The notes beneath the pieces were generated by a model that saw only the letters and a program-made list of their open reading frames with translations, was not told the origin of the DNA and ran no database searches. Shown here one piece after another: positions 45,001 through 54,841 of a stretch of DNA of 64,000 bases; position 1 is the first letter of the stretch, and each line of letters starts with the position of its first letter. Location: the NCBI GenBank assembly GCA_000004985.1, contig GG738908.1; one strand, given 5' to 3'. This stretch comes from Naegleria gruberi (taxonomy: Eukaryota). Both the position numbers and the translations under genes were made by a program.

Positions 45001-45370
45001 CTCTACATGGACGATTTTGATGGAATTCATAAGTGTACTTTTTAACGAGGAGACTATTACTCTTTCTATTGTTATTACCAAGAAGTGATTCTTCATCAGA
45101 GTCTGAATCAAAGTCTAGTGATGGTTTAGGAATGGTAGCAGAAGGTCTTCCGCCATTGTTATTATTATGAGATGATGTGTTATTGTTATTATTTGCAGAG
45201 TTTGTAGTTTTGTTAGTTGTATGATTGTTATTAGTTGAAGTTTGTTGTTGTTGGTTTGTTTGATTAATCTTTGTATTGACCAATTCAACTTCCCTCGATA
45301 GATATTCTAACAACTCTTCTGGAGAAGGAGTTGGATATAAATTGTTATTATTATTGCCTTGTTGACTCAT
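42098..45370 (-). CDS. Choline-transporter-like (CTL/SLC44/Pns1 family) membrane protein with a long poly-Asn/Gln N-terminal extension
   Basis: 1090-aa single ORF. N-terminus MSQQGNNNNNLYP..QQQTSTNNNHTTNKTTNSANNNNN. A first TM (ILFLIVFILFCIGMIAIAL), a large extracellular loop, then a multi-TM core with CTL-conserved blocks (WFAYYLLGFFWITQFLLSFVTIVVARVTSTFYF; RNSLIHCAIFGTTFFHSSLSSTKLMRKN). Confidence 0.7.
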   Translation of the reverse strand: MSQQGNNNNNLYPTPSPEELLEYLSREVELVNTKINQTNQQQQTSTNNNHTTNKTTNSANNNNNTSSHNNNNGGRPSATIPKPSLDFDSDSDEESLLGNNNRKSNSLLVKKYTYEFHQNRPCRDILFLIVFILFCIGMIAIALEAIVKRREYISAQLKEHNQGAEMNLLKASVADLLTSSVNSNNNNPSSLDDNISFFNYFIPSKREMTRFFYPIDYLGRACGVDYSKDDGSLDSLSIQNRALQFADSMVDKNYWKEDLSSRKYLWIMNEKDAFFGKEKYDLAKSTVPFETWIKHGGICVESCPSAVKTIDNSKNLNNKDLDVRDEFSSQSTESLSFVSDECPLSLRKTWFDKTEITEQVKKIVGNETITENVTKVIIKKKNLCAAKRFFLSKEKKAEPVYFEVPQDQTYFSVMGRCIPTPSSFAFFEQAANLAKLQNNLNTKSSLQTISGFEMTEEMFEQQKSALSNLIRHITTISPASYFSATIGPYIDNLPTISNIGKEINIQELSGLMPSFLEKFIIKSVTMLYNSWKIILISVTITAAVSFITVVLLRVLAKPLIYGTVALLILAWFSLSIMLLVEGGSDLHFNVSGSSRWSQKFSSTIADLTWENSLYLGSGLFLLFTNLLFTFIFWNYWKKTLSRSVSIIKESAMIITTVPQMFTVLPIAIFIGGIIFCVWWFCVVALLLTNELTAAGITDASSLAGKVTSNIATGNTLTEKMQSLSNPTSFILTLQSHLLKGWFAYYLLGFFWITQFLLSFVTIVVARVTSTFYFKFGNVSGTITAARRGESSSAIFDSYEKTLMCLKLPVLQASLFVMYYNAGSIALASLFVGLVKYLILVIKTSLSLMGYQSEKSTVEQAVESQFFIVRFINNFRNNFLTRFIHRILFVILKYIEKFMEFFARNSLIHCAIFGTTFFHSSLSSTKLMRKNITFIAVLEWITDWIMFCMKMLVAIISVAVAYIIIHAQDKSLEEFTSVVGKITNAYNEQGNYGLFEIVFSGKEWLDVNHSFMLLVIVFAMSVLVSSLFITIFQTVIDTVLQCYLIDLEMYRRSGRSSAGENGRISSTEMIQIMEQEKELNYQWLDDHETNM

Positions 45371-46013
45371 ATTATATAATTATTATTATTTACAAAGTAA
45401 TATGTACAGATTCATAAATTTACAAATTGTAGCTTCTTGTTGAAATCTTCTCAGAGTACAAGTCTTTGCTTATTATTATTTAGCTTGTTGAAGAAGAGGT
45501 CAAACCAGCTTGGTCCACGTTTGTTGTACAATTTTGATGAAGATAATCGGAACGCTGGAGAGATGATGAACAATGAAGAAGGCAAATTTTATTAAAAATA
45601 AAAAAAATAACGTGATGATGTTGTTCTATTAATAAAACATTCTATTTTTTGCTTTGGTATGAAGTTTGATGATGAAAATTTAAAAAGATTACATTAGTGT
45701 TTTTGTTTCCGGAATAATAATATTTATTTGAATCTTATTGTGAGTCTATTTAATGATTAATATTGAATTTTTGTAGACAAAAGATTAAGAATGGCATATT
45801 TGTGATATTCTTAGTTAAATATTGCTTTGTTAGGTATCTGGTCGAGTATTCTCTTTTCTTTGGAATATTGGGACCAGTTGGAGGTATCATATTTTCCTGA
45901 TGGATTAACTTTTTTCAATCCAAAATGAAATTTTGATTTGTACAATTTACTTTTTTATAATTATTCTAGCTCAAATTAGTAATTTGGTTGATGACACATT
46001 AATGGTAAATAGA

Positions 46014-47294
46014 TTAATTAATCACTGTTAGTTTCAAGTCAGCAAAGTAATGACATGTTGTGGCACAAATTATTTTCAAATTTTCATTGAAATATACTAG
46101 ACACTTGCTTGCAATTTTCCTATTGTAAATCACATAATACGAACTGCCACAATCCACACTCATTTCATAACTTTGTGGACTAGCTCTTCCAAATGAGTAG
46201 TACCAACACTCTTGTGGTTCACTGTTAAACTTGTACTTTCTTCCAAAATTGGAACCTCCAATACCAAGAAATCCAAATTCATTGACAAAAGTTGTTGAAC
46301 TTCCACCACACAAAATACTTTTCGGTTTAAATACATGATTACTTGATAGGTTTCCTTCATATACAATTGGAGAAACTGAATCATTCAATGGTTGTAAGGG
46401 AAATGATGGAAAATTCAATTTGGTCAAAAATTTCTCTATAAAATTATAATCGAATCCACATTGAGAATATAAATTAAAACCACACGTATAGACTTGACCA
46501 TTCTCTAATAGGATACACGTATGAAAAATTCCACATTTCATTTGCTTAATTCGTTCGCCCTTAAATGGCGTATCCATTTCAGAGAAACGGTCCTTTGATA
46601 TTTGACCATTTTGAACACTGAATGTATCATCACCATGAGTGAGAATATGATGAGAGCCATCCTCTTTCTCATACACAACAAATGTGGAATATCCACTCAG
46701 TGCAGATGTTACATATTTCTTATCTGTGAAATCCAATCTCAAGTCAACTTGCTCAATTATACCATTCGAGGTTGTTCTGAAATAATAAATCATGGAATCA
46801 TTTCCGTACACAATCATGTGAGAAGATGAAGGTCCACATACAATTTCCCTAATTTCAATTCCATCATCCATAAATTTCTTACAACTATTCGAATATCCAA
46901 TTGAAGTTTCGAATGTCAAAATTAAATTATTCTTCATTTGTAAAACAATAAATTCGAGATTGGAATAAACATTTTCCACTTGATAGCAATTTCCTAACTC
47001 CATCATTTCCATAGCAAGTTTATAATTCAATAAATAGAAATCTTGATTATTGACACATTGATTGAAATATTCGGAACAACAGATTGAGCTTGAAAACTTG
47101 ACAAAAAGATCTTCTTCCATCAAGGTAGTATGATGTTTCGGCCACAATCTCACAACAAAGCAAGTTCCTCCACAAATAACACTCCGAATATCTTTCGAAT
47201 AATTATTAGAAACCGGTCCGAGATGACAAGGTTCAAAATCATGAGCATCAGGATTTCTAATTCCCAATGTCAGTAGTGGTATTGTATTTTGCAT
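46014..47294 (-). CDS. RCC1-repeat (beta-propeller) protein
   Basis: 426-aa single ORF with repeated RCC1-like blades (ICGGTCFVV; IVCGPSSSHMIVYGNDSMIYYF; KCGIFHTCILLENGQVYTCGFNLYSQCG; ILCGGSSTTFVNEFGFLGIGGSNFG). Confidence 0.55.
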   Translation of the reverse strand: MQNTIPLLTLGIRNPDAHDFEPCHLGPVSNNYSKDIRSVICGGTCFVVRLWPKHHTTLMEEDLFVKFSSSICCSEYFNQCVNNQDFYLLNYKLAMEMMELGNCYQVENVYSNLEFIVLQMKNNLILTFETSIGYSNSCKKFMDDGIEIREIVCGPSSSHMIVYGNDSMIYYFRTTSNGIIEQVDLRLDFTDKKYVTSALSGYSTFVVYEKEDGSHHILTHGDDTFSVQNGQISKDRFSEMDTPFKGERIKQMKCGIFHTCILLENGQVYTCGFNLYSQCGFDYNFIEKFLTKLNFPSFPLQPLNDSVSPIVYEGNLSSNHVFKPKSILCGGSSTTFVNEFGFLGIGGSNFGRKYKFNSEPQECWYYSFGRASPQSYEMSVDCGSSYYVIYNRKIASKCLVYFNENLKIICATTCHYFADLKLTVIN

Positions 47295-47502
47295 GATCGC
47301 AGAAGTGATATTTTTTATATTTAAATATTTTGAAAATGGCCAAAATTATTCTTGTGAAATTGAGAGAAGGAAATGTTGTGCTAATACCAAATCAATTTTG
47401 CTTTCATTGCTAGATGTATCAAGGTTATGTTTTTCTTCATCTGAAGATTGGTCAGACGAATTATTGATATATTGGAATATTCCTGTAGAACTATCAGACT
47501 GT

Positions 47503-50500
47503 TTATTGAATGAAAATGAAAGCAAGAATCAATGAAAACAATACAATGAAATAGAATTTGGAGGAAGATGCTTGGTTGACTGATTGTTGAGCTAAAGTTG
47601 GTGAAATGGCAAAATCAGTCAAGTGAACAGTTCTACATTTGACTCTGGTATTACTAATCTTGATAGATTCCAATCCAATTGATGAGAATTGTGATGATTG
47701 AGTATTGTAGAATTGACACAAACCCATCATTGTAGAATTCATTAAAGAAATGTCAACTTCAAACTCAATTGGGGAAGTGAGGTCTGAAATTTCGAGTTCA
47801 GTACCATTAGAAAGAATGTTAATTGAAATAATGGAAGAAACCAAATCAGTCTTGATGTGAGAGTAAATATTTTGTGAAATGATTGATAAGGAAATTGAAA
47901 CAGAAGCACTGGAATCTAATTGATATTTGGAAGAAAGCAACTTTTTCAAAGAATCCTTTGGTAAGCTCAAGGAAGAAAGTCCAATTTGAGAAGGTGAGAA
48001 ATTAAAGTTGTCAATTGTGCTCTTTACAACAGCTGTCTTGACAAGATTTGAAACTGAGACGCTCGATTGTCCATCAACCAATGACATGGCTGCTCCAACT
48101 TGACTAGCATCAATGACCTTCTTTAATTGAGAAGCAAAATTAGAATTTGATGTGGAAACAGTTGAAACCAATTGAGAAACTGTCTTGACAATGGAAGTTC
48201 TATCAGTAGATTGTAAGTTTTGCTTCAAAGATGTAGAAATACTCGACAATAAATTCAAAGTCTTTTGAGCTGTGTCTGATGTAATTTCTGATGGTTGATT
48301 GGTTAATCTTTCCAAAAGTCCAATCTTTGCGGTGTCAGAATCAGTTGAAGCAATAATTTGAGTCAAAATGTTACTTCTGATTGATGTCTTTTCAGTAGTT
48401 GTAAGCTTGGAATTGAGTAATGAATTGGCAATTTCCAAAGAACTCAATGAAGTGCTGCTAATCAAAGAGTTGACAAGTGAGCTAACTTCTTGAGCTGACA
48501 TGGTAGTAGTTGGATCTTGAATGGTCAAAACTTTAGTTTTTTCAACTGTTGTAAAAGCAGCATCTCTGACTGCAAAGAAAATTGTCACTTGTCCAGAGCT
48601 GAAAGTAGGAAGAGTAAATGTTGGGGATGTTGAGCTAGCACTCAATTCAGCAACATAAACTTTGCTATTTTCTTGAGTATAATAACCAAATGAATAGAGC
48701 ATGGTAAATGATTCTGGATCCGTGGCAACCAAACTAGCTCTTAAACTTGTCTTGACAGCAAGTGCAGAACTAATTTCCAATCCACTAGTAGCATTGACAA
48801 CCTTGAATGATGAAATAGTTGGTGATCTGTTAATGGTAATCTTTAAATCTTTTGAAACGGATACAGATCCAGTAGCAGAAACACGAGTAGCATTCAATCT
48901 GAAAGTATAAGTTGCTCCTTCTGTTAAACTATTTGCCTTAATGGCTAAATCTTTCTTGTCAGTTCCAGCAACTGAAATAGTTTCCAAATTGACTGCAGTT
49001 CCAGAAACTTGAGTCCACTTGTAGCTCAATGAAGAATACGCACTCAATGATGAAATTGTAGATTTGAAAACAATGTCCATCGATCCAGGAGTATAAACAG
49101 TTTGTCCAGAGGTGAAAGTTGGTGAACTGATAACAGCATCGAATGACAAATCACAACTTCCATAAACATAATTGGCTGGACAGGTACAAATATTTGGACC
49201 AGTACATTGTCCAAATCCACAACCACCCTTAGAGGAACAATCAAATACGTTACAATCACTTCCAGTATATCCTGACTTGCAAGTACAAACATTAGGTGAA
49301 GTACATGTACCATTTCCATTACAATTATTGAGAGTGGTACAAGTTGGAGTGTTACAACTAGCTCCTGTATATCCAGATTGACAAGTACAGACATTAGGAC
49401 CAGTACATTGACCACGATTCATGCAATTCGAAACCAAATTACAACTATATTGATTACAGGTACTTCCCTTATAACCAGCTTTACATAAACAAGTATTAAT
49501 GGCAAGACAATCACCATTTCCATTACAATTATTCACTCCAGCACATGATGGAGTTTCTCCAGGACGAACAGCTCTCAAGTAATTGCTAGTACATGCAGAG
49601 TTTTCACCCTGAGTGAGAAGATAGCCAACCGATGGATAATAATACTTGTATCCATTTGAATCTACTGCCTTAATATAATATTTTCTACAAGCAGTTCCAG
49701 AAGAAAGTCTAGTAGTATTATATTCGAAAGTTCCTGCATTCAAAGACGAATCAGTATACATACTCGATGTTGGAATACTCATTGGATATTCCACATCATT
49801 AATAAAAATGGAAACATTCAATGGAGCTACTCCCTTTCCCAAATCTGCCTTATGATAATAATTAGCAAGGAATGTAACTGTATCTGTGGCAAACGTAATA
49901 TGTGTAGCAGCAACGATTGGATTTGAAATACCATGTGAACCTGAGGCAAAATTCTGTGTCCAATAATCACTGAAACCTGTGGCTGCAACCTTTGGATAAT
50001 GTCCAACTCCAAGAAGGGTATATGAGCTTCCAAGAATGTTGGCTCTGTGTCCATCAGAATTAATCCAAGCCATGGTTACAGAAAGAGGACTTGTCTGTCC
50101 AGCTGCAATATTTTCAGCCATTGCTGCTGGTTTAGTGTAAAAAGTAGCAACTCTGGTGAAGGTTAGAGTTCCATCACATGAATTATGTTGAAAACAAGGT
50201 ACAGTTGCCATGTCTTTCGAATGGAATCGTCCAGATTCTACCAAATTGAAATGTTCGAAAAGTGGAGGCAAACCAGTGGTTTCCAATGACTTTTCTGCTT
50301 GGAATAAATTCAAGAATCTGGTCTTGAATCCTGAAGGAGACATTCTAGCCCAATTTGTTAAAACATGGACCGTCTTTTCGACATATCTCGAATAAGTGTA
50401 AACTAAATCAGAAAGTGCATTCACACCAACTTGATCACCAATTCCATAAAATTCCCAATTACCATTATCTGTGCTGCCATTGTTGGTTGAAGCACCACCA

Positions 50501-50685
50501 TCATTAGCAAAAGTGGCCATGACAGCACGTTTGTTTTTGGCAAATTTCAAATTGCTGTCAAATGCCATCGAAGGAGGATTTTGTGAAATGACAGATAGAG
50601 GTTCATGTTCTGCCAACACCAGAAAGAGGGAGGATAATACCAACACTACCAAGAGTGCATAATGCAACCTGTTACTCAACAACAT
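47503..50685 (-). CDS. Secreted/type-I membrane protein: CAP (SCP/PR-1-like) domain, 4-5 tenascin-type EGF repeats, a long Ser/Thr-rich mucin-like stalk, and a C-terminal TM
   Basis: Signal peptide (MLLSNRLHYALLVVLVLSSLFLVLA). CAP-like block (GQTSPLSVTMAWINSDGHRANILGSSYTLLGVGHY...YWTQNFA). EGF repeats (CNGNGDCLAINTCLCKAGYKGSTCNQYSC..CMNRGQCTGPNVCTCQSGYTGASCNTPTC..CNGNGTCTSPNVCTCKSGYTGSDCNVFDC). An S/T-rich region of about 500 aa, then a C-terminal TM (FYFIVLFSLILAFIFIQ). Confidence 0.75.
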   Translation of the reverse strand: MLLSNRLHYALLVVLVLSSLFLVLAEHEPLSVISQNPPSMAFDSNLKFAKNKRAVMATFANDGGASTNNGSTDNGNWEFYGIGDQVGVNALSDLVYTYSRYVEKTVHVLTNWARMSPSGFKTRFLNLFQAEKSLETTGLPPLFEHFNLVESGRFHSKDMATVPCFQHNSCDGTLTFTRVATFYTKPAAMAENIAAGQTSPLSVTMAWINSDGHRANILGSSYTLLGVGHYPKVAATGFSDYWTQNFASGSHGISNPIVAATHITFATDTVTFLANYYHKADLGKGVAPLNVSIFINDVEYPMSIPTSSMYTDSSLNAGTFEYNTTRLSSGTACRKYYIKAVDSNGYKYYYPSVGYLLTQGENSACTSNYLRAVRPGETPSCAGVNNCNGNGDCLAINTCLCKAGYKGSTCNQYSCNLVSNCMNRGQCTGPNVCTCQSGYTGASCNTPTCTTLNNCNGNGTCTSPNVCTCKSGYTGSDCNVFDCSSKGGCGFGQCTGPNICTCPANYVYGSCDLSFDAVISSPTFTSGQTVYTPGSMDIVFKSTISSLSAYSSLSYKWTQVSGTAVNLETISVAGTDKKDLAIKANSLTEGATYTFRLNATRVSATGSVSVSKDLKITINRSPTISSFKVVNATSGLEISSALAVKTSLRASLVATDPESFTMLYSFGYYTQENSKVYVAELSASSTSPTFTLPTFSSGQVTIFFAVRDAAFTTVEKTKVLTIQDPTTTMSAQEVSSLVNSLISSTSLSSLEIANSLLNSKLTTTEKTSIRSNILTQIIASTDSDTAKIGLLERLTNQPSEITSDTAQKTLNLLSSISTSLKQNLQSTDRTSIVKTVSQLVSTVSTSNSNFASQLKKVIDASQVGAAMSLVDGQSSVSVSNLVKTAVVKSTIDNFNFSPSQIGLSSLSLPKDSLKKLLSSKYQLDSSASVSISLSIISQNIYSHIKTDLVSSIISINILSNGTELEISDLTSPIEFEVDISLMNSTMMGLCQFYNTQSSQFSSIGLESIKISNTRVKCRTVHLTDFAISPTLAQQSVNQASSSKFYFIVLFSLILAFIFIQ

Positions 50686-51084
50686 GTTTGCCCTTCAGAT
50701 GTCGTTATTTTTTTTGAATGATTTTAAAGCTGTCACCAATATCGCAGGGTTGTTGGCCAAAAACAAGTGAAAAGGATGATTTTGCGGGGTCAACACTCAC
50801 CTTTCATAGAGTTTACAATTGTTGATCCATGACAAATCATTAAACTCTATAAATGGAAAGTGAAAAAATTACAAAACGATTTCAAAACGTTAAATATTCA
50901 ATTCTTAAGTAAGTGGCAATTTAATTTGCATTTTATTTAATAACCTTATTAAACTTTCTCTAATATTTACTCTCCCTACAATAAAATCCCAATTTTTGAC
51001 AGAACGATCAATCACATCAAATAATTCTTCTAATTCATCTTTTCTAATTAAACTCTCCAATTTGTAGGCATAAATTGGTCGAAA

Positions 51085-51222
51085 TCAATGAGAACATTGT
51101 TGAGTGAAACCTTCCCAGGAATTCCCACTTTCCCAATGTCTGTTACAATCGGTGCAGTGATAATAGCCGTATTTTCTTGTTGGATTTGAGTTATTGTAAG
51201 TTTTCTTGAATTTGTGAGTCAT
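51085..51222 (-). CDS. Tiny ORF (45 aa) resembling the first half of a 3CxxC/ZAR1-type zinc finger; possibly a gene fragment or pseudogene
   Basis: MTHKFKKTYNNSNPTRKYGYYHCTDCNRHWESGNSWEGFTQQCSH* matches the start of the zf-3CxxC pattern (KYGYYHC.DC...WES...W). It stops before the second CxxC pair. The same frame is open again downstream of the TGA. A TATAAAAAAAA box lies about 40 bp upstream. Confidence 0.25.
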   Translation of the reverse strand: MTHKFKKTYNNSNPTRKYGYYHCTDCNRHWESGNSWEGFTQQCSH

Positions 51223-51497
51223 TGTGCTTTTTAATTTGTTTTTGAAAATTGTTTTTTTTATAGAAAATTTCACAATTCCTAACCTTAATTAGGTTCATGC
51301 TTTTTTATGAAAACTGATCAATTCAAGTCCATTGTAAACAGCAATACAATTTTTTTGTAATCTTGAACAACCCCTCTCAAATCCTCAACAAGCATTCACA
51401 ACTCCTCTTCACCGCACTCCTCAGAATTGGCGGCAATTAACAAGCAATAAAAAGCAAATTCCTTCGAAAAATTAACCGCCCAACACTTTGAAAAAAA

Positions 51498-53143
51498 ATG
51501 CAAACCATCTTGATGGTGTTATTGGCTGTGGTGGTATTGATTGCTACCTTTGTGGTGAGGCGATTGTTTTCCCTCCATAAAATCCACTCGAAAATTAAGC
51601 ACATTCCGGGGGTGATGCAAGTATTCGAACTTTCTCCGATAAGAATTCCCTTCTTGTCCACTCATCTCTATCTAACAAGTGATGAGGATTTGGATAAGGC
51701 TTGTTTGTTGTATGGAGATGCAGAAACTCAAACTTTGAGTATTGCTACTTCTACTACACCACTCGTTTTTATTAGTGATCCGAAAATGTTGAAGGAATAT
51801 TTCATTACTAAGGGTCATTTGTTTGAGAAACCAGGATATGAGGTGGTGAATTTCTTTGGAGAGGATAATATTTTGACAGCTACTAATACTGAAAAATGGA
51901 AGAAACATTACAAGATTTGTTCGGCAGCTTTCACACCAAAGAATTTAATGTATGTGTGTAAGGTTGCTGACAAGTCTTGTGATTTATTGTTTGAAATTTG
52001 GAATGAGAGATTGAAAGAGAATGGATCTATGATTTTGGATGTAAATGAATATTCGAATCTTACATTGGGTAAGTAATTTCGTAGCTCAATGAGTTACTGA
52101 TCTGAGTCGATCTGTTATATCATAACACAACCTTGGTTGAATAGACGTTTTGGGAAAAGCTGCTTTTAACATTGATTTTGGTTTTTATTCCAATAATGAA
52201 GAGGGTAGATACTTTAGACAAAGTATGGAGAAACTAATTTCACCGCAAGCTGTTCTTTCTTTTGCTTTCTTTGGGAATATTCCTTTCTTATTCAAGTTAG
52301 CAAACAGAGTGATGGGTGTTCAAGCAGCCACTGATCATTGCAGCGATTATTTAGACAAGATAATTGAGCAGAGAAAGAAGCTATTGTCTACTGGTGAAAT
52401 TTTGGATACTGATGAAGGAAGTGATTTACTGACACTACTTGTTGGAGCTAATGTAAAGGAAGAAACCATTACAAATAATCAATTGAAGAGTAATACACTG
52501 TTGCTATCAACGGCTGGACACGAAACAACTGCTAAAACATTGTCTTGGTAAGTTTTAAAGATGCTATTGAAATTTCATTAACCAAATTAGGGTTTCTTAT
52601 CGTTTATCTAAACATCCAGAAATTCAAAGTAAATTATGGAAAGAAGTTGATGAAGTATTGCAAGGTAGAAATCCAACCTATGCCGATCTTCCATCTTTGC
52701 CATATGTCAATGCGATTATCACTGAATCTTTAAGATTGAATCCACCTGTATATCACTTGGGAAGAATTGCCACTAAAAATCTCACCCTTGGAAAGTATGA
52801 TATTCCAAAAGGAACTATGGTTCAAGCTTTCATGTCACGAGTTCAACAGAGAGAAGATATTTGGGAAAATGCCAAAGAATTCATACCAGAAAGATTCCTC
52901 GATCCAAAAGTGAAAGACAGTTATCAGCACAACTTTACGTATGCTGCATTTAGTTTGGGAAATAGACAATGTTTAGGAAAGCATTTTGCCATTTTGGAGG
53001 CTGCCACTATTTTGTGTAAATTAGCTCAAAAGTATGAATTCAAATTGTTGAATGATGAGAGTGTTGATCCAGTGGGTGTTTTCAAATTGCCAGTTGCCAA
53101 ACCAACATCAAACATGAAGGTTCAAGTCTCTTTGAGAAAGTAA
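51498..53143 (+). CDS. Cytochrome P450 monooxygenase, three exons
   Basis: Proposed structure join(51498..52068, 52145..52547, 52591..53143), giving 508 aa. N-terminal membrane anchor (MQTILMVLLAVVVLIATFVV). A 76-bp intron (GTAAGT..GAATAG) and a 43-bp intron (GTAAGTTTTAAAG..AAATTAG). I-helix AGHETT, ExxR (ESLRL), and the heme-binding loop FSLGNRQCLGKHFA. Confidence 0.85.
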
Positions 53144-53290
53144 ATAATTAAATATTATTAAACATTATTCATTGAAAGTTTTTGGACAATTTCATCTACA
53201 GATATTCTCTCTTTAAAACTTGAAAAAGAGTTATATTCCCTCATCATAATATTTCGTCTTACAATTTTATTATAATATATGTACACATAC

Positions 53291-54841
53291 TCAAGCAGCA
53301 CTGACTATTTCAGGAGTAACTCTTCTTGTGATTCTAACCTTTAAATTAGGGGAAGGTTTATGGACAGGACTTTGGATTGCAACAATTGGATCCTTCTCCA
53401 AATCATTCAACAATTCAAATTCGAATCTCTGAATCATTTTGGTCAATATCATGCAAGATTCCAATAGAGAAAACTTCTTTCCCAAACAAGCACGATTTCC
53501 CATACTGAATGGAACAAATGTAAAGTTGTGGAATGACGATTCTCTGAATTGTGGATCCACAAATCGATCAGCAATGAATTCGGTTGGTTTCTCCCAAACA
53601 TCAGGTCGTTTCATCAAGTATCCAAATAGGGTAGCTACATGAGTTCCCTTAGGAATTGAAAAATTACCCAATGTCGTATTCTTGACTGCAACACGAGATA
53701 GAATTTGAACTGCTGGATGAAGTCTGAAAGATTCCATAAGGACAGAGTTGACCAAATGAAGATTTGGAAAATCATCAATTGTTGGATCTCTTCTTCCAAT
53801 CGTTTTGGAAATTTCATTATAGAGCTCTTGTTGAATTGTTGGATTTTTGGAAATTTCAAAGGTTGTCCATTGTAAAAGTGTGGAAGTCGTATCATGACCT
53901 GCAAAACTCATTATTACACTGTTACTCTTCAGCTCATCATCAGTAATTAGCTTTTCTGTCATGTTTGCCTTCACCAATAATGTCAAAATGTCATTCATGT
54001 CATTAATCAATGGTTTGTCTTCCAACAATTTTTTTCTACTTTGAATCATTTCATCCAAAGATTTGCTACAGGTTTCCAAATGTCCATGAATGCCAACTAT
54101 CTTTGACATGATTGTTTGTAATTTTCCATTTCCAAATAGACGACGAATTGCCAAAGCTTTCATTGAGAATGTTTGTTGTAAACTTGTCTTGAAAGCTTTT
54201 CCTTCTTGATTGGAGGAGAATATTCCAAAATCGAGATTGAAACCTGCCTTACCAAGTACATCCAAAGTAATATCTGAAAAGTCATCATTCGAAAGCATGA
54301 CACCACTTTCGTCCTTGCTCCATCTTTCGAATAATAATTCTGCAGATTGACAAGCAACTTGACAAACATAGATTAAATTCTGAGGTGAGAATGCTGGACT
54401 GCAAACTTTAAAGTGTCTTTTCCATCTTTCGTTATTCACAGCACTCACAATATTTTCACCAAACATGGTAATAAATTTAAAATCAGGTTTTTCATAGCAA
54501 TTTGCTTTTAGAATGAAGAATTCCTTGAATAGTTTCGGATCACTGATTAAAACTATTGGAGCATCCTTTGTAACGATTCGAGCAGTTTTAGTTTCATCAT
54601 TCGAATAAGAATCGACTACATTTTCAATTTCCTTGACTGAACCAAAGTAATAGTAGGGAGAAAGAAGAGGAATTCTGAATGGAGAAAGTTCCAATAATTG
54701 GAAAACTCCTGGAATGTTCGATACCTTGCTGTATTGCTTGTACAATCTGAAAGCAAAATACGAAACCAAACTAATGACTGTTAGCAACAAGATTAAACCA
54801 AATGATTGCCAACTGTTTAAACTATAAAGGTATGTTAGCAT
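53291..54841 (-). CDS. Cytochrome P450 monooxygenase, intronless paralog of 51498..53143, convergent with it
   Basis: 516-aa single ORF. Anchor (GLILLLTVISLVSYFAF), AGHDTT, ESFRL, FSMGNRACLGKKFS. It is collinear with the plus-strand P450 across both of that gene's intron positions, with no interruption. Confidence 0.85.
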   Translation of the reverse strand: MLTYLYSLNSWQSFGLILLLTVISLVSYFAFRLYKQYSKVSNIPGVFQLLELSPFRIPLLSPYYYFGSVKEIENVVDSYSNDETKTARIVTKDAPIVLISDPKLFKEFFILKANCYEKPDFKFITMFGENIVSAVNNERWKRHFKVCSPAFSPQNLIYVCQVACQSAELLFERWSKDESGVMLSNDDFSDITLDVLGKAGFNLDFGIFSSNQEGKAFKTSLQQTFSMKALAIRRLFGNGKLQTIMSKIVGIHGHLETCSKSLDEMIQSRKKLLEDKPLINDMNDILTLLVKANMTEKLITDDELKSNSVIMSFAGHDTTSTLLQWTTFEISKNPTIQQELYNEISKTIGRRDPTIDDFPNLHLVNSVLMESFRLHPAVQILSRVAVKNTTLGNFSIPKGTHVATLFGYLMKRPDVWEKPTEFIADRFVDPQFRESSFHNFTFVPFSMGNRACLGKKFSLLESCMILTKMIQRFEFELLNDLEKDPIVAIQSPVHKPSPNLKVRITRRVTPEIVSAA

